64,000 nt of DNA from an uncultured virus (IMG/VR IMGVR_UViG_3300022555_000013) (Duplodnaviria; Heunggongvirae; Uroviricota; Caudoviricetes): IMG/VR virus record IMGVR_UViG_3300022555_000013. One strand, 5' to 3'. The notes beneath the pieces are model-generated. The model saw only the letters and a list, made by a program, of their open reading frames with translations. It was not told the origin of the DNA and ran no database searches. The position numbers and the translations under genes were made by a program. Numbering within the stretch: position 1 is the stretch's first letter; each line of letters opens with the position of its first letter. Below, one piece after another: positions 48,225 to 57,293 of this stretch.

Positions 48225-48554
48225 ATGAAAGAAATGAAGTATATTTTAACAATGAAAACATTTGAAGGAAAAAAACGATATTCATTTAAAGAGTATCAAT
48301 TTCAAATTTTGGATTATGTTTTATTTTACAATAAAGACACTAATTATTTAGGGCTGGTTAAGGTTGAGAATATGTCAAGCTCTGAGATTTCATTTGAAGA
48401 TATTATACCTAAAAAATCAGACCCATCATTTAATTTTATAACATACGACATTAAACAAGAGGTACTTGCAGATGTTTTAGGAATATTTGATAATGAAGAA
48501 GAAGCAATTAAAGCATATCATCAAAAAATGGCTGAAAATAGATTTGATTTGTAA
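48225..48554 (+). CDS. Small protein with KYILTMKTFE leader and RFDL tag
   Basis: Ends AYHQKMAENRFDL; TATATATA upstream. Confidence 0.8.
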   Translation: MKEMKYILTMKTFEGKKRYSFKEYQFQILDYVLFYNKDTNYLGLVKVENMSSSEISFEDIIPKKSDPSFNFITYDIKQEVLADVLGIFDNEEEAIKAYHQKMAENRFDL

Positions 48555-48568
48555 AAAAAATAAATAAC

Positions 48569-51010
48569 ATGCAATATATTTTAAATAAAAGATTTGATGG
48601 AACATTCACGATGAACTGGGTTGGAACAGAAATATCAACTGCACAGAGAGATATAAAAACTTTTTTATCCGACCCAACACTTGGAATAAAGTCGATCACT
48701 AAATTCAATGATACTATTCGTGGAGCAACAACAGGCGGTACATCTCAGCACTATTTTGAAAGGTTATTTTCTTACAACAATGCCCGTAGTGGAGAAACTT
48801 GGATTGAAAATATTCCAATTTCTGCAATTACAATGGCTGTGTGTGATTTAAATAATTTTCAAATTGTACTAACATATTACAGAATTGATACCGATGTAAA
48901 AACACCAACTCTTTCTATTTCTGATATTGTAATCGAAGGCACATATGATATTGAAACTTCAACTGGAAATGTTGAAATTCCTTCAGGAAATACGTTTATT
49001 ATTATCACGCCTGTTGATATTTATAAAATATTCAAAATTACAGATTTCGAAATATATGGAATAAACACTGATCAGCTTAATATTAAATATAGAATAACTC
49101 AAGATGGTGGTAGGCATTACACCGAATGGGAGCCATTAACAATGGAGAACTTATCGACTATAAGAATTAATCCGCTCAGGTTTGCTCAGATGGAGTATTT
49201 GGTACAGAAAAAAGCTGGGTATGCTGGGTATGCAAAAATATATGACATTATTTTAGTTGGCGATTTTCAGAATATAAATTCAAATTATCTGAAATTAAAC
49301 AGATATGGGATAAAAGAAAATTGTGCTCATCCAACAAACGGTGGTACAAGCGGAACAAGTGGAACTGCTGGAAGCGGGGTTGATGTTTGTTTTTCAGGGA
49401 TGACAGTAAAAGGATGCACAACAGATCAAAATTATAATATGGATTGGAGCACTCAATTTTTAAGCTGTTATTTAAATTCCAATCCTTACAGTTTAACATC
49501 GAGTAACGCTGGGTCAATTGGAACCGTAAGTTCATCAATTGCTGCCGCTGGGCAATGGAAGCCATATGACTTTGAAAAAATTATAAGTTGGTACAATTTA
49601 CAAGCAATGCAAGTGAGTGATATGTTTGGATGGGATGTCGATTATCTGCTTAATGATCCAGATGGTAATGGTCAAGATATGACCCTACATGAAAATCAAC
49701 TTTTTAATATTGTGGATAGGCAAAAAGTTAAAATTATTGTAGATCAAAATCAATTCCCAGACAATCAAGTTCAAATTAATATTTACACACTTGATATGTT
49801 TGATACTTTTGAAGTTTTGATAATGAAGGATGAATTTAAAAAGGCATTTGGAATTGAAAAAAGACCAGCACAAAAAGATATTCTTAGCTTCTGTGTTACA
49901 AATAGGTTATATAGGGTTAAGCATGCTCAAATTTTTAAAGATATCATGTATGTTGGATTCTATTATAAGGTAGTATTAGAAAAATATGAAAAACTTGCCA
50001 ACGAAGATGTTGTGTCATCAGCAGCTCAGTCATTATTGACGGCATTAACTACAAATACAACACTTGACGAATTATTCAAATTTGAAAATAGAGAAGATAT
50101 GGGTAAAACAATTAAAAAGCAATTTAAGCCATTAACTCATGATCCATATCGTTCAGAAGTTAATCCGAAGGTTTCTATCGTAACAAAAGATATCATTAAC
50201 AATGGATTAGTTATTGCAAAGAGTTACTATGATTTCAATGCACTATCAGCATCAACAAGTGCAGTCACATATTCTATTTATGATCCAGAAATGTTGGTTA
50301 GTGATAATAGGGCATTTTCATTTTGGGTTAACTTCAACAATAAATATGATGAAAATAAAACCATAGACGAAAATGTATTTAACTCATATAATATTCCACT
50401 TAATTCATACTATGAATTTTTAAATAATTACGATGAAATTAATAAAAGTGGTTATAAAATTTGGTACAGTAATAAAATGTTTGGTGTTTTATTAAATGAT
50501 AAAACATATTTTGTTACTTGCAACGCATTAACAACAAACCTATGGTATGGTGTATTAATTAACATTAATAATAGGCAAAGAACTGTTGATTTAAGTGTGT
50601 ATAAAAGAGATTGTGAATACTATATTAAATTTTTTAACAAATCATACAATAGTGTATCTGTTGAATCATCAAATTTAACTGGAATAACATTTTATACAAG
50701 CACTGGGTATAAGCCTGTAAAAAACACCGATATATTGAAAAATATAGTAAACACATCTTTGCGTCAGCTTTACAGTCAAGAATACGATAATGTAGGACCA
50801 ATAAGTTTCATGGTTGATCAAACTATTACAGTAAATGCCTCCAATATTAAACTTACAAATATTAGAATTTTTGATGCTATTGTTCCAGATGAAGAAAAGA
50901 CTAATATTCTATGCCAAAATATCATTCATGATGGTAATCATTTAATTCTTGGGGATAATGCTAACAGACAACTTTATACCACAAATATACAGACTAAAAG
51001 ATGGGAATAA
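48569..51010 (+). CDS. Large structural protein with central T4 gp14-like neck domain and LamG-like C-terminus
   Basis: MFGWDVDYL...FEVLIMKDEFKKAFGIEKRPAQKDILSF...LYRV resembles gp14; AFSFWVN, NLWYGVLIN and LTNIRIFD are LamG-like. Confidence 0.6.
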   Translation: MQYILNKRFDGTFTMNWVGTEISTAQRDIKTFLSDPTLGIKSITKFNDTIRGATTGGTSQHYFERLFSYNNARSGETWIENIPISAITMAVCDLNNFQIVLTYYRIDTDVKTPTLSISDIVIEGTYDIETSTGNVEIPSGNTFIIITPVDIYKIFKITDFEIYGINTDQLNIKYRITQDGGRHYTEWEPLTMENLSTIRINPLRFAQMEYLVQKKAGYAGYAKIYDIILVGDFQNINSNYLKLNRYGIKENCAHPTNGGTSGTSGTAGSGVDVCFSGMTVKGCTTDQNYNMDWSTQFLSCYLNSNPYSLTSSNAGSIGTVSSSIAAAGQWKPYDFEKIISWYNLQAMQVSDMFGWDVDYLLNDPDGNGQDMTLHENQLFNIVDRQKVKIIVDQNQFPDNQVQINIYTLDMFDTFEVLIMKDEFKKAFGIEKRPAQKDILSFCVTNRLYRVKHAQIFKDIMYVGFYYKVVLEKYEKLANEDVVSSAAQSLLTALTTNTTLDELFKFENREDMGKTIKKQFKPLTHDPYRSEVNPKVSIVTKDIINNGLVIAKSYYDFNALSASTSAVTYSIYDPEMLVSDNRAFSFWVNFNNKYDENKTIDENVFNSYNIPLNSYYEFLNNYDEINKSGYKIWYSNKMFGVLLNDKTYFVTCNALTTNLWYGVLININNRQRTVDLSVYKRDCEYYIKFFNKSYNSVSVESSNLTGITFYTSTGYKPVKNTDILKNIVNTSLRQLYSQEYDNVGPISFMVDQTITVNASNIKLTNIRIFDAIVPDEEKTNILCQNIIHDGNHLILGDNANRQLYTTNIQTKRWE

Positions 51011-51525
51011 TAAAAATGTTCGAAGATTATACAGAGACTCAATGGACTTCAGAAATGAAACTAAAGTTTGATAATGCAAAATATATTGCTATAACTAAAT
51101 ATGAAGATTATGATGAACTAAATATAATAAAATTATACCAAGCTATTGTTGGAAATGCAAAAACTTTAATTCCAGCCAATACAAATACATTTAACCAAAC
51201 TTTGTCAAATCGTAGATTGCAAACTCAGAAAGATGATACATTTAATATTCTAATTTTTAAAGAGTCTATTGAATATATTTTAAATACGAAGATTATATCA
51301 TTTACCCAATTATATAAAAGTAATGATGATACAAGCCATGATACATCATCTGTATTAATTATAAAGACTTATATAATAAATGGACAACTTTATTTAGATG
51401 CTAAATATGATCCAACTAAAAATAGCTTTGGTTGGAAAATTCCAGTCGATATGAATATTCCAATAAAAATATGGAAAAAAGGAAAAGAAATAACTAAATG
51501 GGTAGCCAGTAGATTTGATCTTTAA
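51001..51525 (+). CDS. Hypothetical protein with IIKMFEDY leader and RFDL tag
   Basis: Ends EITKWVASRFDL. Confidence 0.8.
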   Translation: MGIIKMFEDYTETQWTSEMKLKFDNAKYIAITKYEDYDELNIIKLYQAIVGNAKTLIPANTNTFNQTLSNRRLQTQKDDTFNILIFKESIEYILNTKIISFTQLYKSNDDTSHDTSSVLIIKTYIINGQLYLDAKYDPTKNSFGWKIPVDMNIPIKIWKKGKEITKWVASRFDL

Positions 51526-51540
51526 TGATAAAGAAATCAT

Positions 51541-51580
51541 CGCCCCTTGGGGCGAGCGTGCGGGTTAACCCGCTTTTTTT
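51541..51580 (+). terminator. Tandem GC hairpins with T-tract
   Basis: CGCCCC-tt-GGGGCG, then GCGGGTTAACCCGC and a T-tract. Confidence 0.7.
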
Positions 51581-51586
51581 ATTTCA

Positions 51587-52498
51587 TTAAAGATATAAAT
51601 AAAATGTCCCACTTTTATTACCCTTCACCCAATCAACTTTATATTTAACTGGGCAAGCATCACCAGAAATAGGTTGATTATTGATATCGTAGCCATATGT
51701 TATTGTTGCACTTTTTTGATCTGATGGAATATTATATTTTCTAATTCCTTGGCATGGGTTCCAGTCGCAGATTTGACGAAAGACTACACTTTGCAAAATC
51801 TGGGTATAAAAATTCTCTCCGTTTCTGTTTTGACCCCAAGTGACTAAATTATCGTAACCGTCAGCACTTCCAAAACCATCAACAGTCATAATCAATGTAT
51901 GTTGATTAAAATCACCTGTGAAAGTTCTTAGTCTTCTTATATTCCAATTTTTGGTTGTATTATTTTCAAATGTTATTTCAACATTTCCTTCGATTTTATG
52001 AACAACAGATGTTATACTTCCACCAAGTTGAGAGATAAGCCCACCAGTAACATTTTTTAAAGATTTTTTTCCATTTATAATTATCCATTTACCATTTGAG
52101 ACCTTTGTCACTTTAAAGTTAATATGTTTAACTATAATTGTTGCGTCAGCTTCAACCCAATTGGTACCAACTTTTTTATCAATCTCAATTTGTCCATTTC
52201 TCAATTTCGTTCCAGCGCAGTTTAATCCATTATATGTGATGTAATAATGATTTGTATCATTGAATACTTTTACTGAATCCAATGTTGCATTACAAGGTAA
52301 AATTTCTGTACTTTTTAATGTACCAATCATTTCACTGGCATCATTCATACTCTCATCAATAGCATTATCAACTTTGAGATCATCTGAGGTTAATTGTTGT
52401 AGAGATGTAGTATCAATGATAACGGGGCTTTCTTTTTCTTTTTGGCAACCTAACATAAAAAATGCCACTAATCCAATAACAATAAGCAGTTTTTTCAT
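51587..52498 (-). CDS. Bacteroidota-type lipoprotein
   Basis: Signal peptide II MKKLLIVIGLVAFFMLG|C followed by QKEKE; beta-rich body with YYITYNGLNCAG..RNGQI. Confidence 0.8.
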   Translation of the reverse strand: MKKLLIVIGLVAFFMLGCQKEKESPVIIDTTSLQQLTSDDLKVDNAIDESMNDASEMIGTLKSTEILPCNATLDSVKVFNDTNHYYITYNGLNCAGTKLRNGQIEIDKKVGTNWVEADATIIVKHINFKVTKVSNGKWIIINGKKSLKNVTGGLISQLGGSITSVVHKIEGNVEITFENNTTKNWNIRRLRTFTGDFNQHTLIMTVDGFGSADGYDNLVTWGQNRNGENFYTQILQSVVFRQICDWNPCQGIRKYNIPSDQKSATITYGYDINNQPISGDACPVKYKVDWVKGNKSGTFYLYL

Positions 52499-52549
52499 AA
52501 ATATCTTTTTTTTTATATATAATACACCTTATATTATATTTACCCTTAT

Positions 52550-52577
52550 AAAAAAAGCGGGGCAACCCGCTTTTTTT
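52550..52577. terminator. Bidirectional intrinsic terminator
   Basis: AAAAAAGCGGG-gcaa-CCCGCTTTTTT. Confidence 0.85.
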
Positions 52578-52694
52578 ATTTCGAGCTGTGTGTAAAGGGT
52601 TTCTAAATTTGCCATACGATTTTTTAATTATTTTTTGAAAAAGCCTTTCGGCTTCTGTTGTAGTATATATGGCACTTTTTATAAAAAGTTTAAG

Positions 52695-52907
52695 TTATTT
52701 TGTTATTAATTGCAGTTTTCGCAATTTTTTTATTCTGGAGAGCCTTACTATCTCAAAGTATTCATTAAATGCTGGTTCCGTACTTTGAACTTTAAATCCC
52801 ATTCCGCTGACTTGATATTGATATTTTAAAATGAACTATACATATGTTATGACTTGGAAATTTTATGGTTAGAATATCTTCTATCCGTCTGGGGCGGAGA
52901 AGTTCAT
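52695..52907 (-). pseudogene. Frameshifted remnant of a tagged gene
   Basis: Fragments lie in different frames; the last one (52695-52802) reads MGFKVQSTEPAFNEYFEIVRLSRIKKLRKLQLITK. Confidence 0.5.
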
Positions 52908-53393
52908 TTATTCACCGATCAAATTTTTGATGTCCTTACTCTGAAAATATTTAACCTTTTTATCTTTAACTTTAAATTCGAAAATTTGAAAATCTTTTAT
53001 TGCCATTTCAATTTCATCAATAAATTTATTGAGGGCTTTAATTGATTTTTCATATGTTAAATCAGCTTGCCAATAATCAGGAAATCTTTTTCTGAAACTT
53101 ATTAATTCATTTTCAATTATTTTTACACTAATAAAAACATTTTTTTCGAAAATATTTGATTTAATCTTTAATATTTCAATCATATGAGTACTGAAACGAT
53201 GCACTAAATTGTCAGTTTCAATAACTTTAAGTAAGCCCATAACATATCCAAGTTCTTCAGAAATCGACACTGGCTTATTATCTTTGACGATTCCTTGGAT
53301 TTCACTTTCATTCTTATCTCTTAACGAGAATTTTTTATAGTCAAGCCATAATCCTCTTCGAATTATGTCATCAGGTGTGAGAGTAATAATCAT
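52908..53393 (-). CDS. Hypothetical protein
   Basis: ORF track. Confidence 0.8.
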   Translation of the reverse strand: MIITLTPDDIIRRGLWLDYKKFSLRDKNESEIQGIVKDNKPVSISEELGYVMGLLKVIETDNLVHRFSTHMIEILKIKSNIFEKNVFISVKIIENELISFRKRFPDYWQADLTYEKSIKALNKFIDEIEMAIKDFQIFEFKVKDKKVKYFQSKDIKNLIGE

Positions 53394-53471
53394 ATGTGGA
53401 GAGTTGTTTTTTTATCTTATTACAAATATTCAAAAAAGTTTTATTTATATATAGAAAAAAGATTGGACCTA

Positions 53472-53849
53472 ATGAAAAATAAAATCTTAATAGTAGATGA
53501 TGATACTGAAAGTTGTATATTACAGCAAGCAGTAACACAACGAATGGGGTTCTACACTCAATTAGCAGTGAATGGCATTGAAGCTATAAATGTCATAAAA
53601 GAGGATCAGCCAGATATGGTTTTATTAGACATTTTTATGCCACAAATGGATGGGTTTGAAACTGCCAAATTAATACATGATAAATTCAATATTCCTATTA
53701 TAATAATTACCGCTGGAGGAAATCAATCGATCAATAAAATTAAAGAAATGCAACTTGGGATAATACATTTTGTTCAAAAACCAATTAACCCGACACTTTT
53801 ACAGCATGAAATTGTAAAATGTGTGAATGAAATAAACAAAGCAAAATAA
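53472..53849 (+). CDS. Stand-alone response-regulator receiver (CheY-like)
   Basis: KILIVDDD, phospho-acceptor LLDIFMPQMDG, IITA, QKP; likely start at 53472. Confidence 0.9.
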   Translation: MKNKILIVDDDTESCILQQAVTQRMGFYTQLAVNGIEAINVIKEDQPDMVLLDIFMPQMDGFETAKLIHDKFNIPIIIITAGGNQSINKIKEMQLGIIHFVQKPINPTLLQHEIVKCVNEINKAK

Positions 53850-53859
53850 ATAAACTATA

Positions 53860-54726
53860 ATGTTAAAAGATTATTCTCAATACTTAATGGAAAATATAAA
53901 AACTCCAACGCTTAAGGTTCCAACAGATCAGGAAGTAGAAGAAGCAGAAAAAATATTGGCAGATGATGTCAATCCTGACTGGGATGCTAAAAATGGGTAT
54001 TTTATTATTGATGTATCTGGTAAATATCACGTATACTATACATTATGGAGATATAAACCATCGATGGCAAATCAATATATCAGTTCAATGGTTTTTATAA
54101 CAAATTTAAGTACCGATTTTTTGACAGCGGTAAATAAATCCAAAAAAATATGCGGGAGAACTCCTATAATAATCGATAAAATTGGATCACATCAAGGATT
54201 ATTCAAAGCTCAAAAATCACAAATCTTAACTTTCGGAAAATATCGTGGAAGCACAATGGGTGAAGTTTTTGCAACAGACCCAAAGTATTTAGTATTTATG
54301 GCAAATAAATACGAGGGTGGGAATGCTGAAAGAATGGCATTATTTCAATTTTACAAATCTCTTTATTTTGAAAATGTAACTAAAGAAAATCGTGAAAAAG
54401 GAGTATCACAATATGTTGGTAATGTTGGTGACGAAATTGAAAAAGAATTCACACTATATAAAATGGAAAAGGTAGCTGGATTCAATGCTGGTGACCCACC
54501 TTCAAATTTACTGAAATTGAGGGATGATGATAAAAATCAATACACCATTTATTACAATAAAGAAATATCACCTGATACAAAAATTGGTGATAAAATAGTG
54601 ATAAAGGCAAAAATTAAAAGCCATTATGAAACTCTTGGGCTTAAATATACCAGACTCTATTATCCAAAAAATTTTGTAAATAAATCGCTTAATAAAAGAA
54701 ATGCAATAAATAGATTCGATTTGTAG
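53860..54726 (+). CDS. Hypothetical protein with FGKYRG module, OB-fold-like C-terminal half and RFDL tag
   Basis: Leader MLKDYSQYLME; LTFGKYRGSTMGEVFATDPKYL; ends NAINRFDL. Confidence 0.75.
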   Translation: MLKDYSQYLMENIKTPTLKVPTDQEVEEAEKILADDVNPDWDAKNGYFIIDVSGKYHVYYTLWRYKPSMANQYISSMVFITNLSTDFLTAVNKSKKICGRTPIIIDKIGSHQGLFKAQKSQILTFGKYRGSTMGEVFATDPKYLVFMANKYEGGNAERMALFQFYKSLYFENVTKENREKGVSQYVGNVGDEIEKEFTLYKMEKVAGFNAGDPPSNLLKLRDDDKNQYTIYYNKEISPDTKIGDKIVIKAKIKSHYETLGLKYTRLYYPKNFVNKSLNKRNAINRFDL

Positions 54727-54752
54727 TATAATTTAAATGAAATAGTATAATT

Positions 54753-54908
54753 ATGGGTAGACCAAAAATTTCAAGTAAGAAAGTTGCAATTTCTTTAACT
54801 ATCAACACCGAATTGGATCAGTTGCTGGATAAGATTGTTGAGGAAAAGAAGCTATCAAAATCACAATATATTGAGGCTTTGATAAAAAAAGATATTCATA
54901 AACATTAG
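54753..54908 (+). CDS. Small RHH protein, 51 aa, near-duplicate of 7602-7766
   Basis: Hand-translated MGRPKISSKKVAISLTINTELDQLLDKIVEEKKLSKSQYIEALIKKDIHKH. Confidence 0.8.
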   Translation: MGRPKISSKKVAISLTINTELDQLLDKIVEEKKLSKSQYIEALIKKDIHKH

Positions 54909-54920
54909 TAAAATAAGTTA

Positions 54921-55688
54921 TTACTGGATTAGGTTACTATAATAATGAACGCCCTTGATCTTAAAATCGAAAATAAATTCATCTGGTAAAGATGAGGACA
55001 TTATTCTTACTTCATTGTTTTTAATTATACATTTCATTTTCACATTTATTTCATTCCCCCAAAAATCAAAATTAAATGCTGCATCTTGTACAAATTCATT
55101 TTCCCAAATAATTGATGACTCTTCTTTTCTTGCCAGTAATGTTAAATAGCGTGTTCCATATTGAAACAATTTCTTTTTTCTGTGAATTTCAAATGTATCA
55201 CCGACATTCAAAGATTTTATATCAGCTATTCGATCTTCGGTGATCATATACCCTTGATATTCTAAATGCTTATATGATAATATATTCCTCTTGGGGTGAT
55301 CTGTATGTATAATCTTGTAACAAAGATAATCTTTATTCTTCGCCCAGTGCTGCTCTTGATTTATCGTACTAATAAATCGCACCACTTCTGATAGCGTATC
55401 TTTATTATTAATATATATTTTTTCAATATTAACGGAATTGCTTTGATGTTCTATAATAGTCCACAACCTGATAATTTTAGAATGGTTATAGGTAATGAAA
55501 TATTTGTCACAGAACAAGATATTATATTTCACATCCAAGATAAATTCTGGAAACATCTTTCTCAATTCGCTCAATTTAACTTTATTATAATACTCCCAGA
55601 CTTGACCCGTACTTAATTTATCAGGATTTATGACGAAAAGGTTCATTATAATAATGGAATTCTTAAAGAAAAAGATAAAATTAGGCAA
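54921..55688 (-). CDS. Hypothetical protein (true start may be MNLFVINP)
   Basis: ORF track. Confidence 0.65.
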   Translation of the reverse strand: MPNFIFFFKNSIIIMNLFVINPDKLSTGQVWEYYNKVKLSELRKMFPEFILDVKYNILFCDKYFITYNHSKIIRLWTIIEHQSNSVNIEKIYINNKDTLSEVVRFISTINQEQHWAKNKDYLCYKIIHTDHPKRNILSYKHLEYQGYMITEDRIADIKSLNVGDTFEIHRKKKLFQYGTRYLTLLARKEESSIIWENEFVQDAAFNFDFWGNEINVKMKCIIKNNEVRIMSSSLPDEFIFDFKIKGVHYYSNLIQ

Positions 55689-55736
55689 CAGGAGATTACC
55701 AATTTTTTAAAATGTATATTTATAAGAATAAAAGAC

Positions 55737-57293
55737 TCATAAGGCAATTTTTCTTTCATCAAAATCGAATTTCTGTTTCTTATAGATTTCATCTCTTCGG
55801 GATTCATAATGAGATATTAATATTGTCTTTATGCCTGGATAAAAAACATCGACTAAATCAAATACAACGAGCTTGGCTTTTTCGGAATGTATACGCATTC
55901 CACGTCCCACCGACTGCATCACAACACGGAAACTTTTATAACTATCGCAGAATACAATATTTGTGATAGCACGAATAGATACACCAGTACTCAATGTTCC
56001 ATATGAGGCAACAAGTATTTTTGGGTTTCCACTTGTATCTTCCATCATTTTTTTTATATACTCTCTTTTCTCATTCTTAATGCTCCCATCAATAAAATAA
56101 ATATCTTTACCAACGCAATTATCTCTCAAAAAATCATATAGGTCGGTGCCATATTCAATTGTATGAAATAATAAGAGAGAATTTTGCGTGAATTTATCTA
56201 CTAACACTTTAATAAACTTTTTTCTTTTTGCAGAATTGTGGATATATTCACGTTCCAAATGGAACGCTTTGGCCCCGTCAAATTTTCTTATTTTTGCAAC
56301 TCCATTAGCAAATTCTCTATTGTTATGTTGCAACATTATTGCTTTTATTTTGATGTTAGTTATTAGTCCTTTATCCATCAAACTACGGGCACTAATATTG
56401 ACTAAAATTGGGCCCATCAAAGATTCTATGGTGAGAATTTCAGACGTAGTTGTGTCAGGAAAAGTTCCGCTCATCCCAAATCGCATTTTTGCTGTCCCAA
56501 ACGTGCGGCTTAAAATTGATATTAAAGATTGTGCTTTTGCAAGATGGCTTTCGTCACAACAAACAACATCAAACTTAGAAAAAAAATCACGCTGTTTTTT
56601 TTCCAAACTTTGATAAGTTCCAATGAAAATATTTGCTTCTTGTTCACCATGGTATTTTCGTGGATTATCCGACATTATTTCTTCAATTTTTATTTCCATA
56701 GGATTTTTATTTTCATTTTTAAATCCATAATTATAATCCATTATATCATTATAAAATTGAGTTACAAGATTTATATTTGGAACAATCAATAGAAATTTTG
56801 CCTGAGGATTAATAAATTTCAAATAATAAAAAAGCAATGAACCATATATTAATGACTTACCCCCTGCCGTAGCAACTTGCAAAAGACCGTAATGATATTT
56901 TAAAATTTGATAAATACCATCAATCTGATGATCGTGCGGGGTAAATGGACTTAAACCGTCTTGTGTTTTATGATCTTTGAAAAAATCTTTAACAAAAGCA
57001 TCAATTGTTTCTCTTGTTATACTTAGATCAATAGGAAACTGCTCTTGGTTTTGAATAATAAATGGATATCCATATTGCCTACAACACTTGTAGACTTCGT
57101 TCCATAAGCCAAAATCCATAAAACCATCTTTGAAATAGTCTATATCACCATTCCATAGACCTAATTTAAATCTTGGACTAAAACGGTAATTTTTTACTTT
57201 TCTTGTTAAGAACAATTTAAGCTGGTTTAGTTCAGCCTTTGTGCTTTCAACTAATATTATTTTAGAATTATCTGCATTAAGTTTTAATTTCAT
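55737..57293 (-). CDS. uvsW: SF2 DNA helicase, T4 UvsW-like
   Basis: FSPRFKLGLWNGDI, Walker A ATAGGKS, DESH, GMSGT, STGVSI, QSVGRGMR, FDLVD. Confidence 0.9.
   Translation of the reverse strand: MKLKLNADNSKIILVESTKAELNQLKLFLTRKVKNYRFSPRFKLGLWNGDIDYFKDGFMDFGLWNEVYKCCRQYGYPFIIQNQEQFPIDLSITRETIDAFVKDFFKDHKTQDGLSPFTPHDHQIDGIYQILKYHYGLLQVATAGGKSLIYGSLLFYYLKFINPQAKFLLIVPNINLVTQFYNDIMDYNYGFKNENKNPMEIKIEEIMSDNPRKYHGEQEANIFIGTYQSLEKKQRDFFSKFDVVCCDESHLAKAQSLISILSRTFGTAKMRFGMSGTFPDTTTSEILTIESLMGPILVNISARSLMDKGLITNIKIKAIMLQHNNREFANGVAKIRKFDGAKAFHLEREYIHNSAKRKKFIKVLVDKFTQNSLLLFHTIEYGTDLYDFLRDNCVGKDIYFIDGSIKNEKREYIKKMMEDTSGNPKILVASYGTLSTGVSIRAITNIVFCDSYKSFRVVMQSVGRGMRIHSEKAKLVVFDLVDVFYPGIKTILISHYESRRDEIYKKQKFDFDERKIAL

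Noticed and set aside
51541..51580. tRNA or structured ncRNA in the GC-rich intergenic patch
   Set aside because: Only about 40 nt, two short hairpins plus a T-tract between convergent genes, with no T-loop or cloverleaf.
53414..53441. Additional AAACTT-N16 promoter upstream of 52908-53393
   Set aside because: AAACTT is present, but the hexamer at 16-nt spacing (TAAGAT) fits poorly, so it was not counted.
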